A stretch of DNA of 64,000 nucleotides from an uncultured Caldilineaceae bacterium (GTDB lineage Bacteria; Chloroflexota; Anaerolineae; Caldilineales; Caldilineaceae). The stretch is taken from contig CATOTS010000001.1 in the NCBI GenBank assembly GCA_951813625.1, forward strand, positions 231,928 through 295,927, given 5' to 3'. The notes below the pieces were generated by a model that was given only the letters and a program-made list of their open reading frames with translations, had not been told where the DNA came from and ran no database searches. Of the stretch, positions 18,141 to 27,160 are shown in pieces. Each line of letters starts with the position of its first letter. Within the stretch, counting starts at the first letter, position 1. A program made the translations under genes and the position numbers.

Positions 18141-20024
18141 CTAATCGTCACCGGTAGCTGCGGTCGTCACGTAGCCTGAGTCGGCCAAGCCGTAATCGTA
18201 GGGTTCGCCGACGACCTGGAGGGGCGCCGGGAAGCTGTGTTCGGGAATGGGCGAGGGAATCTGCCATTCGGGTGAGCGCGAGCGCCAGGGGTTGTCGCCG
18301 GCGGCGACGCCCACCTCGGCGCTCTGGAAGAAATTCCAGAGCATGAGCATGACGCCGAATGCGATGGCAAACCCGGCGATGGTAACGGCCAGCTGCCAGT
18401 TTTCTATCTGCCCGCCGCCCAGTGTCGGATCGTAGTCGGCGATGCGGCGGCGCATGCCCATGATACCGCCGCCCATCTGGCCCAGTGTCTGCACCCAGAA
18501 GGCGGGCGTCATGATAAAGAAGTGGATTTTGCCGAGCGTTTCGTTGTACATGCGGCCGGTTACTTTGGGGAACCAGTAGTAGAGCGCGGCAAAAAATGGG
18601 AAGATGAAGCCACCGAACATGGTGGCGTGGAAGTGGCCGACGACGAAGTAGGAGTCGTGCAGCGGCAAATCGGTTGGCACGGTCGCCAGGATCGGTCCGG
18701 TCAGGCCGCCGATGAGGAATACGCTGATGGCGCCGAGGACGAAGAGCATCGGCGTGTCGAAGTGGATTTTCCCGCCCCACATCGTGCCCAGCCAGCTGAA
18801 GAACTTGACGCCGGTGGGGATGGCGACGAGCAGGGTGGCGTACATGAAGGGGATACGCAGGATGTCGTTGTAGCCGGAAACGAACATGTGGTGGCCCCAG
18901 ACGATGAATCCGACGATTGCGATCGCCAAGCTGGAGAGGGCGATCCACTTGTAGCCGAAGAGGGGCTTGCGGGAGAAGACGGGCAGCAGTTCGCTGACAA
19001 CGCCGAGGCCGGGCAGCACGAATATGTAGACGGCAGGGTGGCTGTAGAACCAGAAGAGATGCTGGAAGAGAATCGGGTCGCCGCCGCCCACCATGGGACT
19101 GACTTCGCCCAGCATGCCGCGCGGGTCGAAGAAGCCCATACCGATGGCGCGTTGCACGGAAACCATGAGGAAACTGACACCGATAAGCTGGGTGGCGGTC
19201 AGCTGGATCAAGCTGGTGGCAAAGATGGCCCAGCAGAAGATGGGCATACGGAAGAGGCTCATACCGGCCGGTCTCATGCGCAGGATTGTTACCAGCAGGT
19301 TGAGCGAGCCGACGATTGAGGATAGACCGATTGCAAAAACGCCCAGGAAAAAGAGCTGATAGCCGATTGGGCCGCGGGCGCTTAAGGGCGGATAGGCGGT
19401 CCATCCGGCGTCCCAGCCGCCGACGAAGAGGCTGAATATGAGAAGGAGACTTCCCGGGACGTTGAACCAGAAGCCAAGCGCGTTGAGGCGGGGGAATGCC
19501 ATGTCTTCGGCGCCGATCATGAGCGGCGTCAGATAGTTGGCAAGGCCGCCGACGCCGAGGAGAATGGCGGCGATCATGATGAAGCCGTGCATACCGATGA
19601 AGCTGTTGTAGAGTTCGAGGCCGAGGAATTGAAGGCCGCTGCGGGCCAGCTCGGTGCGGAAGATCATGGCCACTGTGCCGCCGACCATAAGGAGAAAAAT
19701 GCCCCAGACAGTATATTGAATGCCGATCACTTTGTGGTTGTAGTCGACACTGAAGTAGCGTGTCCAGGCCGGCTTATCGACGGGCGGGCCGTGATGCATC
19801 GGCGTGTCGATGCCTTTGGTCCACTTCAGCCAGTCGTCGAGCGCGCCGACGGCGAGGAGGAAGCCGATGATGCTGCAGACGGCGCCGACGGTCCAGGCCG
19901 GTTCGGCCTTCCAGGCTTCCCAGCCGAGCAGTATGCGCACGCCGCAGGTCAAGAGCATACCGATGATCATGCCCAGGACCTGGCCGACTAACCCTCGTGC
20001 GATTCCTAAAGTGAAGAGCGACAT
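18141..20024 (-). CDS. ctaD: cytochrome c oxidase subunit I
   Basis: Heme-copper oxidase signatures HLFWFYSHPAVYIFVLPGLG, VWGHHMFVSG, VVGHFHATMFGG. About 75 aa of extra N-terminus with two hydrophobic helices. Confidence 0.95.
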   Translation of the reverse strand: MSLFTLGIARGLVGQVLGMIIGMLLTCGVRILLGWEAWKAEPAWTVGAVCSIIGFLLAVGALDDWLKWTKGIDTPMHHGPPVDKPAWTRYFSVDYNHKVIGIQYTVWGIFLLMVGGTVAMIFRTELARSGLQFLGLELYNSFIGMHGFIMIAAILLGVGGLANYLTPLMIGAEDMAFPRLNALGFWFNVPGSLLLIFSLFVGGWDAGWTAYPPLSARGPIGYQLFFLGVFAIGLSSIVGSLNLLVTILRMRPAGMSLFRMPIFCWAIFATSLIQLTATQLIGVSFLMVSVQRAIGMGFFDPRGMLGEVSPMVGGGDPILFQHLFWFYSHPAVYIFVLPGLGVVSELLPVFSRKPLFGYKWIALSSLAIAIVGFIVWGHHMFVSGYNDILRIPFMYATLLVAIPTGVKFFSWLGTMWGGKIHFDTPMLFVLGAISVFLIGGLTGPILATVPTDLPLHDSYFVVGHFHATMFGGFIFPFFAALYYWFPKVTGRMYNETLGKIHFFIMTPAFWVQTLGQMGGGIMGMRRRIADYDPTLGGGQIENWQLAVTIAGFAIAFGVMLMLWNFFQSAEVGVAAGDNPWRSRSPEWQIPSPIPEHSFPAPLQVVGEPYDYGLADSGYVTTAATGDD

Positions 20025-20112
20025 TCAGGATCTCCTGCAAAATAATTCGGAAGTGCACTGCGGCGGAAACTGGCTTCAGGACTGCTGCATTCCAAAGGCG
20101 CCTGCTGGCCGG

Positions 20113-20832
20113 TCATTCCTGGATCTGCGCGAGTTGCTCGGACTGCCAGAGCTTGAATTCGTCGGATGGAACGACGCGAACGACTGCCTCCATGCCGCTG
20201 TGGTTTCTGCCGCACAGTTCAGCGCAGACGAGCCTATATTCGCCGATTATCGTCGGCGTAAATCGCAGATAAGTGACTTTGCCGGGTACGGCGTCCTGTT
20301 TGACGCGAAACTCCGGCACCCAGAAGTTATGGAGAACGTCGTCGGAAATGAGATGCATACGCACCGGCTTGTCCACTTCCAAGACCAGGACCTCGGTGAC
20401 CGCGCCGGATTCAGGGTAGGAGAAGAGCCAGCTCCACTGGCGCCCTTCGGCGCTGACCACATATTCGTCGGGCAGCTCTTTCGTAATGTCAAAGAGCATA
20501 GTGGTGGCGTACCACCCGAAGTAGATGAGAATGAAGCAAGGGATAACGGTCCAGAGGATTTCGAGCGTGCCGTTTCCGTGTATATGCTCGCCGTCTTCTT
20601 TATCACCGCGGGCGCGGAAAACAATAAGCGCATAACACATAAATACGACGACGAGGGCGAAAAGGAAGGCGATCAGCCAGATATGCTGGTCGAACATTTC
20701 GTCGATGGGGCCGGCCTCGGCAACGGCTGCGACCGGTTTGAGCAGGACGCTATCGAGCACCTCGTATACAAGCCAGGTACAGACTATGATGAGGAGCGTA
20801 GCGATGATGAAATGTCGACGGTTGTTCGCCAT
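20113..20832 (-). CDS. ctaC: cytochrome c oxidase subunit II (no fused cytochrome c domain)
   Basis: Two N-terminal TM helices and the CuA site HNFWVPEF...CAELCGRNHSGM. The ORF opens at 21075, but the conserved protein begins at MANNRRH (ATG 20832). Confidence 0.9.
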   Translation of the reverse strand: MANNRRHFIIATLLIIVCTWLVYEVLDSVLLKPVAAVAEAGPIDEMFDQHIWLIAFLFALVVVFMCYALIVFRARGDKEDGEHIHGNGTLEILWTVIPCFILIYFGWYATTMLFDITKELPDEYVVSAEGRQWSWLFSYPESGAVTEVLVLEVDKPVRMHLISDDVLHNFWVPEFRVKQDAVPGKVTYLRFTPTIIGEYRLVCAELCGRNHSGMEAVVRVVPSDEFKLWQSEQLAQIQE

Positions 20833-21211
20833 AGAAGCTATCCTCAAGTGCACCCAAGAATGGACTGTCGCCGCTATAAAACGGCAACCATCGGCGACGG
20901 GCGCGTCGTAGACGTTGGCTGCGGTAGAAAGCCATCCGCGCGGCATTGTACAAAAAGGCACAAAACCTGTCAAAGATGTGGTGGGAGAATGCGCGAGAAC
21001 TGCATGAACGTGGTGTGGGGAGATTGAAGGGCGGAAATTTGGAGAATGGACCTGCGCGCGCCGCTGCGATTGCATCCTCCGATTGAATTCGGGCCGCGAG
21101 GAGGAGGTGTTGCCAAATGTGCGAGGCGCGGATATATTGACTTATGCCTATACGCAATTTGCGCCACCGAAAGGCGCCAGGAGATAACCGGAAAACGAGG
21201 AGGTTTGCCGG

Positions 21212-22198
21212 ATGAGCGAGAGAAGGAGCGGGAGTGCGCCCGGAGCGGAGGTTGATCCCGCCGGGAGCGCAGCGCCGACATTGCGGGCCAATAGCCCTCT
21301 CAGCGACGCAGTTGCTGGTTATGAAGACGAGATGGTTGGCAAAGGATACAGCCTGAACACAATCAAGTCCTTTGCCAATGATTTGAAAATATTGCGTACT
21401 TTTCTGGACGATTCAGCAGTTCTGCGGGAGATTCAGACACAGCATCTGCAGGACTTTCTCACTTGGATGCAGGGTGAGCGCGGGCGCCCTTGCGGCCCAA
21501 AAACGCTGTCGCGGCGAATCACGACGCTCAAGAGTTTTTTTGCCTGGCTGCATAGGGTTGGCGCAATCGGGACGGACCCGGCTGAACCGATTGTCAACCA
21601 TGCGGTGCGGACGCCGCTGCCCGAAATTCTAAACTACAAAGAAGTCAAAAGCCTGGTGGAGGCCTGTAGGAACTGGCTGTTGGATGGCGAAAAGCCCGAC
21701 GCGCGGCCTTATGTCCTGGTCAGTTTGTTGCTGCAGACGGGCATCAAGAAGAGCGAGGCTGTCGGTCTATTGCTGGATGATATTGCGCGGGAAGACGCGC
21801 AGGAGGCGTCGGTGTTCATCCGCTACGAGGAGGAACGTTACGCGCACAAGAACCGCCGGCTGGAGCTCAACCCCATCTTCTTAAGGCCGCTTGAGCAGTA
21901 CATTGAACAGTACCGGCCTGAGAATTTCCTGTTTGAATGTACGCCGCGCAACCTGGAGTACGTTCTTGAAGAGGTGGGCGCGCGCGCGAAGATCAAGCGG
22001 GTCAAGGTAGGTTTCGAGACGTTGCGGTGGACCAGCGTCGTGCAGGATTTCAAGCAGGGGATGAAGGATGAAATGCTGCGCAAGAAGATGGGCTTGAGCA
22101 AGGTCACCTGGCGGGAGACGAGCCAGAAAGTCCAGGAGCTGGCTGGGGTCCTAATAGATGTACCTCTTCGTCAACCACGTAAGCGCCGCCGTCCCTGA
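21212..22198 (+). CDS. tyrosine-recombinase (XerC/D)-like protein with degenerate catalytic residues
   Basis: The N-terminal SAM-like core-binding domain (YSLNTIKSFANDLKILRTFL, TLSRRITTLKSFFAWL) and C-terminal integrase fold both align to XerD. However, TGLRxSE is TGIKKSE, HxLRH is ETLRW, and LGHS...Y is MGLS...S. Confidence 0.7.
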   Translation: MSERRSGSAPGAEVDPAGSAAPTLRANSPLSDAVAGYEDEMVGKGYSLNTIKSFANDLKILRTFLDDSAVLREIQTQHLQDFLTWMQGERGRPCGPKTLSRRITTLKSFFAWLHRVGAIGTDPAEPIVNHAVRTPLPEILNYKEVKSLVEACRNWLLDGEKPDARPYVLVSLLLQTGIKKSEAVGLLLDDIAREDAQEASVFIRYEEERYAHKNRRLELNPIFLRPLEQYIEQYRPENFLFECTPRNLEYVLEEVGARAKIKRVKVGFETLRWTSVVQDFKQGMKDEMLRKKMGLSKVTWRETSQKVQELAGVLIDVPLRQPRKRRRP

Positions 22199-22282
22199 AT
22201 CTATGGCGCTGGCACTGCTTTCCGAGTAACAGCAGGTTAGCGGCAGATCAAGCGGCGCCCGGCAAAGGCCGGTGTCAGGCGT

Positions 22283-23194
22283 CTAGGCGAAATTTCCCAA
22301 GTTCGCATTTTTCCCATCACCAATTGCACTGCGTACCGTATGCGTGAGCCTTCCCCACTCCGGGATGGAGAGTGTTTCTGCGCGGCGGCTGGGATCGATG
22401 TCTGCGGCATGCAGCCACTGGTCTGCCTGTTGTTTGGTACTGGCGAGGCCGGCGCTGAGGCTGTTGCGTAGCTGTTTGCGGCGCTGGGAGAAGCCGGCGC
22501 GCACCACGGCGAAGAATTGGGAGGGTGCAACACCGGGGACGGCTGGCTGTTGGAGAAGATCGAGGCGCAGCACAGAGCTGTCGACTTTGGGTCGAGGCAG
22601 GAAGGCGCCGGCGGGGACGCGCTTGAGGATGCGCGGGTGGGCGTAGAATTGGACGCTGACAGCGAGTAGTGACATATCGCCGGGTTGCGCGACGATGCGT
22701 TGCGCTACTTCGTGTTGGACGAGGAGGACGGCGAGCACCGGGGGATGGGCACATTCCAAAATGTGTCGCAGGACGGCGCTGGTGATGTAGTAGGGTAGGT
22801 TTGCTACTACTTTGTAGGGAGAGGAGGGGGGCGCGGTCGGTTGCTCGGCGACTGTTTGGGCGTGAACAGCTTCGGCGGGATCGATCTTCAGGATGTCGGC
22901 GTGGACAAAGGAGACCTGGGGCTGATCGGCGAACTGCTGCCGCAGGATGGGGATGAGCCGCTGGTCGAGTTCGACGGCGACGACGCGGCCTGCCCGTGCG
23001 GCCAGTTGATGGGTCAGCGCGCCGAGGCCGGGGCCGATTTCGAGGACGCTGTCGGTGGGCGCGAGATCGGCCGCGGCGGCGATGCGGGCAAGATGGGTCG
23101 TGTCGATGAGGAGGTTCTGACCGAGGGACTTCTTGAGGTCCAGTTTATGGCGGCGGAGCAGTTCGAGGGGTGAGGAAAGGGTATCGTTACTCAT
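22283..23194 (-). CDS. rsmA: 16S rRNA (adenine1518/1519-N6)-dimethyltransferase
   Basis: KKSLGQNLL, SAM motif VLEIGPGLGALT, NLPYYITS. Confidence 0.9.
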   Translation of the reverse strand: MSNDTLSSPLELLRRHKLDLKKSLGQNLLIDTTHLARIAAAADLAPTDSVLEIGPGLGALTHQLAARAGRVVAVELDQRLIPILRQQFADQPQVSFVHADILKIDPAEAVHAQTVAEQPTAPPSSPYKVVANLPYYITSAVLRHILECAHPPVLAVLLVQHEVAQRIVAQPGDMSLLAVSVQFYAHPRILKRVPAGAFLPRPKVDSSVLRLDLLQQPAVPGVAPSQFFAVVRAGFSQRRKQLRNSLSAGLASTKQQADQWLHAADIDPSRRAETLSIPEWGRLTHTVRSAIGDGKNANLGNFA

Positions 23195-25001
23195 CCTCGA
23201 GGCTAAGCACGGTCATAAAGGCTTCCTGCGGAATCTCGACGGCGCCGACCATCTTCATGCGTTTCTTGCCCGCCTTCTGGTTTTCGAGCAGCTTGCGTTT
23301 GCGGGTGACATCGCCACCGTAGCACTTTGAGAGCACGTCTTTGCGCAGGGCCTTCACGTTTGCGCGGCTGATCACCTTGTTGCCGATGGCGGCCTGGATG
23401 GGGACGGTGAAGAGCTGGCGGGGGATGATCTCCTTCATTTTGCTGACCATCCGCTGCCCTTTGGGATAGGCGTCGTCGCGGTGGGTGATGATGCTGAGAG
23501 CGTCGACGGGCTGGCCGTTGACGAGCACGTCGAGCTTGACCATGTCGGACGCCTGATAGTCGTCGAGCGTGTAGTCCATCGAGGCGTAGCCGCGCGTGCG
23601 GGCCTTCAGCTCGTTGTAGAAGTCGACGATAATTTCGGCGAGCGGGATCTGGAAACTGAGTTCGACCCGCTTGGTGTCGAGCCACAGCTGATTCTTGACG
23701 CGGCCGCGCCGCTTGGTCACCATCTCCAATATCGGGCCGATGTAGGTTGAGGGGGCGTAGATCTGCAAGCCGCACCAGGGCTCTTCGATGTTCTCGATGA
23801 GGCTTGCATCCGGCAGGTCGGCGGGGCTTTCGAGCAGAAACTGGTTGCCGTCTGTCGTCATGACGCGATATGCCACCGAGGGTGCGGTGAAAATAATTTC
23901 CAGGTCATACTCGCGCTCCAACCGTTCCTGCACGATCTCCATGTGGAAGAGGCCGAGAAAGCCGAGGCGGAATCCAAAACCGAGCGCCTGACTCGTCTCC
24001 GGCTCGAAGGTCAACGCGCCGTCGTTCAGGTGCAGTTTTTCGAGTGCGTCGCGCAGGTCGTGATAGTCGTCTGAGTCGGTCGGGTAGAGACCGGCGAATA
24101 CCATCGGTTTCATCGGCTCGTAGCCGGGCAATGGCTGTGGCGCCGGGTCGGAGGCGAGGGTAATGGTGTCGCCGACATCGAGGTCCTGCACGCTTTTGAG
24201 GCCGGTGGCGATATAACCGACCTCGCCCGCCTCCAGGCGGGAGGCCTTTACCGGCGCGGGCGTAAGGATGCCGATCTCGATCGGGTCGATGCGTTTGTTG
24301 CCGGAAATAGCGATGAGGCCAGCGGGGGCGGTCATTGCGCCGTTAACGACGCGCACATAGGCCACGACGCCCTTGTAAGGGTCGTAGTGGCAGTCGAAGA
24401 TGAGCGCCTGCAGCTTGTCGTCTGCGTTTCCCTGCGGCGGCGGCACCTGCTCGACAATGCTTTCGAGCACATTTTCGATGTTGAGGTCGTCCTTGGCGCT
24501 GATGCGGAGAATATCGGCGGCGGGCACGGCCAGAAGGTCTTCGATATCCTGTGCGACCTCGTCGGGCATTGCCGCCACCAGGTCGATCTTGTTAAGGACG
24601 GGAATGATGGTCAGGTCAAGTTCCATCGCGGCGAGCAGATGTGCGACGGTCTGGGCCTGGATGCCCTGGGAGGCGTCGACGACGAGGACGGCGCCTTCGC
24701 AGGCCTGGAGGGCACGCTTGACTTCGTAGGTGAAATCGACGTGGCCGGGCGTGTCGATGAGATTCATTTCGAAGTCGGCGGACGGTTGGCCGGGGCGCTG
24801 GCGGCGGTAGATCATGCGCACTGCGCTGGCCTTGATGGTCACGCCTTTCTCGCGTTCAAGGTCCATCGAGTCGAGCAGCTGTTCCTTCATTTCGCGATCG
24901 GTCACAGTGCCTGTGAGCTGGATCAGGCGGTCGGCCAGCGTGCTCTTGCCGTGATCGATATGCGCGATGATGCAGAAGTTGCGGATGTGTTCCAGATCCA
25001 T
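23187..25001 (-). CDS. lepA: translation elongation factor 4
   Basis: IRNFCIIAHIDHGKSTLADRL (G1), DTPGHVDF (G3), NKIDL (G4), and a LepA-specific C-terminal domain. The conserved start MDLEHIRNF is at 25001; the ORF opens at 25118. Confidence 0.95.
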   Translation of the reverse strand: MDLEHIRNFCIIAHIDHGKSTLADRLIQLTGTVTDREMKEQLLDSMDLEREKGVTIKASAVRMIYRRQRPGQPSADFEMNLIDTPGHVDFTYEVKRALQACEGAVLVVDASQGIQAQTVAHLLAAMELDLTIIPVLNKIDLVAAMPDEVAQDIEDLLAVPAADILRISAKDDLNIENVLESIVEQVPPPQGNADDKLQALIFDCHYDPYKGVVAYVRVVNGAMTAPAGLIAISGNKRIDPIEIGILTPAPVKASRLEAGEVGYIATGLKSVQDLDVGDTITLASDPAPQPLPGYEPMKPMVFAGLYPTDSDDYHDLRDALEKLHLNDGALTFEPETSQALGFGFRLGFLGLFHMEIVQERLEREYDLEIIFTAPSVAYRVMTTDGNQFLLESPADLPDASLIENIEEPWCGLQIYAPSTYIGPILEMVTKRRGRVKNQLWLDTKRVELSFQIPLAEIIVDFYNELKARTRGYASMDYTLDDYQASDMVKLDVLVNGQPVDALSIITHRDDAYPKGQRMVSKMKEIIPRQLFTVPIQAAIGNKVISRANVKALRKDVLSKCYGGDVTRKRKLLENQKAGKKRMKMVGAVEIPQEAFMTVLSLEDE

Positions 25002-25089
25002 AGGTTTCGAGCAGCTGGTCCTGATTCCTTGGAATGGTCGCGATGGGAACAGTATACTACACACGGCCCTGGCGCCGGCGAATGGCCCA

Positions 25090-25917
25090 ATGTATCCAGG
25101 CCCTTTGACAGTCAGCAAAGGAACAACTGTGTATCCGTCCCTTCAGATCGGCCCTATTTCGCTCCCGACCGCCCAGATTCTGGCGCTGGTGGCGGCCTGG
25201 TTCGGCCTTTCGGTCATGGCCCAGGTCAGTCGCCGCCTGCGGCTGGACCCTGAAATGGTCTGGAATCTGGGCACGCTGGCGCTGGCTGCGGGGCTCATTG
25301 TAGCCCGGCTGTCCCATGCAGTCCAGTATTGGAGCGTCTACGCCGCCGAGCCGTTGCTGCTCATCAGCATTCGTCCCGGCGGTCTACTCTTCTGGCCGGG
25401 CGCGATCGGCGCGCTGGTTGCGGGATACCTGTATCTGATCCGCAAGGGGGTCGATCCGCGGCCGGTCGGTACCTCGGCCGTTTTCGGAGTGTTGGCGGGC
25501 GGGGCGGTGCTGGAGGTGTCCTATTTCCTGACCGGGGCGATTGTGGGCGTTCCCGGCACTCCGCCGGCGGCGATGTCTTCGGTACTGACCGGAATTGGCA
25601 GGCTGGCAGAACCGCTGCGCCTGATTTCGGGCGAAGTTCTCCATCCGGTTGCGCTCTACCGCGCGATTTGCATGATGTTGATTGTCGGCGGCTTCTTGCT
25701 GTGGGGCAACTGGAAGCGACCGGGACGTTTGGCGGGCCAGGCGCTGCTGGCGCTGGCGTTGATGCGACTTTTTGTTGACGGATTTGCGGGTGACACGAGT
25801 CAGTTGGGTCCGTTGCGTATTTCGCAAATTGTTGCTTTGGTCGCGGCGCTTGGGCTGGCGCTTTCGCTGGCCGCGACCGCTGGGGGGAACAGATCCCCAT
25901 CGGACGAATCAGCTTGA
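25090..25917 (+). CDS. prolipoprotein diacylglyceryl transferase (Lgt)-family membrane protein
   Basis: Polytopic protein with an ARLSHAVQYW...IRPGGLLFWPGAIGALVAGYLY segment matching the GARLG...GGMSFHGG region of Lgt only loosely. An alternative GTG start at 25129 is preceded by AAAGGA. Confidence 0.5.
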   Translation: MYPGPLTVSKGTTVYPSLQIGPISLPTAQILALVAAWFGLSVMAQVSRRLRLDPEMVWNLGTLALAAGLIVARLSHAVQYWSVYAAEPLLLISIRPGGLLFWPGAIGALVAGYLYLIRKGVDPRPVGTSAVFGVLAGGAVLEVSYFLTGAIVGVPGTPPAAMSSVLTGIGRLAEPLRLISGEVLHPVALYRAICMMLIVGGFLLWGNWKRPGRLAGQALLALALMRLFVDGFAGDTSQLGPLRISQIVALVAALGLALSLAATAGGNRSPSDESA

Positions 25918-25922
25918 AGGAC

Positions 25923-26310
25923 TGAAGTGGGCCCCAAAAACTGGACCACAAGCTAAGGTGTATAATGGAGCAGTTCACCCAGCCTGTGGAGGGGCAGCAC
26001 GATGGTCAAGAAACGGCGGCGACACACGGCGGCCTACAAGTTTCGGATTGCGCTGGAAGCACTGGAAGGCAGCAAGACGATTGGCCAGTTGTCGAGTGAG
26101 CACGAGGTTCATGCCAACATGATACGCCCTGGAAGCGGCAACTGCCAGAAGGCGGGCCCAGCGTCTTCGCCGGCAATGGCGAGCGCAAGCAACGGGAGCA
26201 GAAGGCGCAGGAAGCAGAACTTTATGACCAAATCGGTCGGCTCAAGATGGAACTTGATTGGTTGAAAAAAGTTGCCTGCTTTGGTCCGTGAGAGACTGCG
26301 TGTGGTGGAT
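25923..26310 (+). mobile_element. truncated IS3-family element (left inverted repeat plus frameshifted orfA only)
   Basis: Begins TGAAGTGGGCCCCAAAAACTGGACCACAAGCTAAGGTGTATAATGG, 6 bp after the stop of the upstream gene. Near-identical to the first 380 bp or so of the adjacent copy at 26311. Confidence 0.8.
26002..26291 (+). pseudogene. IS3 orfA (HTH transposase subunit), frameshifted
   Basis: MVKKRRRHTAAYKFRIALEALEGSKTIGQLSSEHEVHANMIR, then the frame is lost. A 1-nt deletion relative to copy 2 (GATACGCCCTGG versus GATACGGGCCTGG). Confidence 0.8.
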
Positions 26311-26389
26311 TGAGCTTGGCCCCAAAAACTGGACCACAAGCTAAGGTGTATAATGGAGCAGTTCACCCAGCCTGTGGAGGGGCAGCACG

Positions 26390-26683
26390 ATGGCCAAGAA
26401 ACGGCGGCGACACACGGCGGCCTTCAAGTTTCGGATTGCGCTGGAAGCACTGGAAGGCAGCAAGACGATTAGCCAGTTATCGAGTGAGCACGAGATTCAT
26501 CCCAACCTGATACGGGCCTGGAAACGGCAACTGCTGGAAGACGGGCCCAGCGTCTTCGCCGGCAATGGCGAGCGCAAGCAACGGGAGCAGGAGGCGCAGG
26601 AAGCAGAACTCTACGAACAGATCGGTCGGCTCAAGATGGAACTTGAGTGGCTGAAAGAAAAAGTTGCCCGCTTCGGTTCGTAA
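26390..26683 (+). CDS. IS3-family transposase OrfA (helix-turn-helix/leucine zipper)
   Basis: MAKKRRRHTAAFKFRIALEALEGSKTISQLSSEHEIHPNLIRAWKRQLLEDG...ELYEQIGRLKMELEWLKEK, the canonical IS3 OrfA. Confidence 0.85.
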   Translation: MAKKRRRHTAAFKFRIALEALEGSKTISQLSSEHEIHPNLIRAWKRQLLEDGPSVFAGNGERKQREQEAQEAELYEQIGRLKMELEWLKEKVARFGS

Positions 26684-26693
26684 GTGACGGCGT

Positions 26694-27113
26694 ATGGCTG
26701 TTAGCCGGCATGCGACCCTGAGCGTACGGCGGCAGGGCGAACTGCTCGGGCTCAGTCGCACCTCCTTCTGCTATGAGGCGCTCGTCAAGGGTCGGCCCAA
26801 GATCGTCAACACCGACCAGGGCGCACAGTTTACGGCCGATGCCTTCACTGCCTGCCCGCTCGCAGCCAACATACAAGTCAGCATGGATGGCCGCGGCCGC
26901 GCCCTCGACAACGTCTTCTGCGAACGCCTATGGCGCACCGTCAAATATGAGAACATCTATCTCAACCAGTATGACACGGTGCGTCAGCTGCAGGCTGGGC
27001 TGACCGCCTATTTCGACTTCTACAACCATGAGAGACCGCATCAAAGTCTCAACTATCGCACGCCGGCGGAAGAGTACTTCGTGCTCTGTTCAGAGCCGGC
27101 CGCATTCGCCTAA
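26694..27113 (+). pseudogene. IS3-family OrfB (DDE integrase) with large internal deletion
   Basis: The OrfB N-terminal piece LSVRRQGELLGLSRTSFCYE is joined directly to the distal catalytic region IVNTDQGAQFTA...SMDGRGRALDNVFCERLWRTVKYENIYL...FYNHERPHQSL. About 130 aa, including the first DDE aspartate region, are missing. Confidence 0.75.
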
Positions 27114-27160
27114 ATGTACCTTATTTTTCCCATTTCGTGGTCTAACGATTGGGGCCAACA

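Larger units (their letters stand above)
26311..27160 (+). mobile_element. defective IS3-family element (intact orfA, internally deleted orfB)
   Basis: The left end TGAGCTTGGCCCCAAAAACTGGACC and right end ...GGTCTAACGATTGGGGCCAACA (27160) are imperfect inverted repeats with TG...CA termini. About 850 bp, versus the typical 1.2-1.5 kb. Confidence 0.75.

Noticed and set aside
25920-26700. A near-identical block of about 390 bp, repeated in tandem, initially looked like a possible repeat array or a duplicated regulatory gene.
   Set aside because: Each block starts with an IS3-type terminal repeat and encodes IS3 OrfA. It is a truncated IS copy abutting a second defective copy, not a CRISPR or satellite array.
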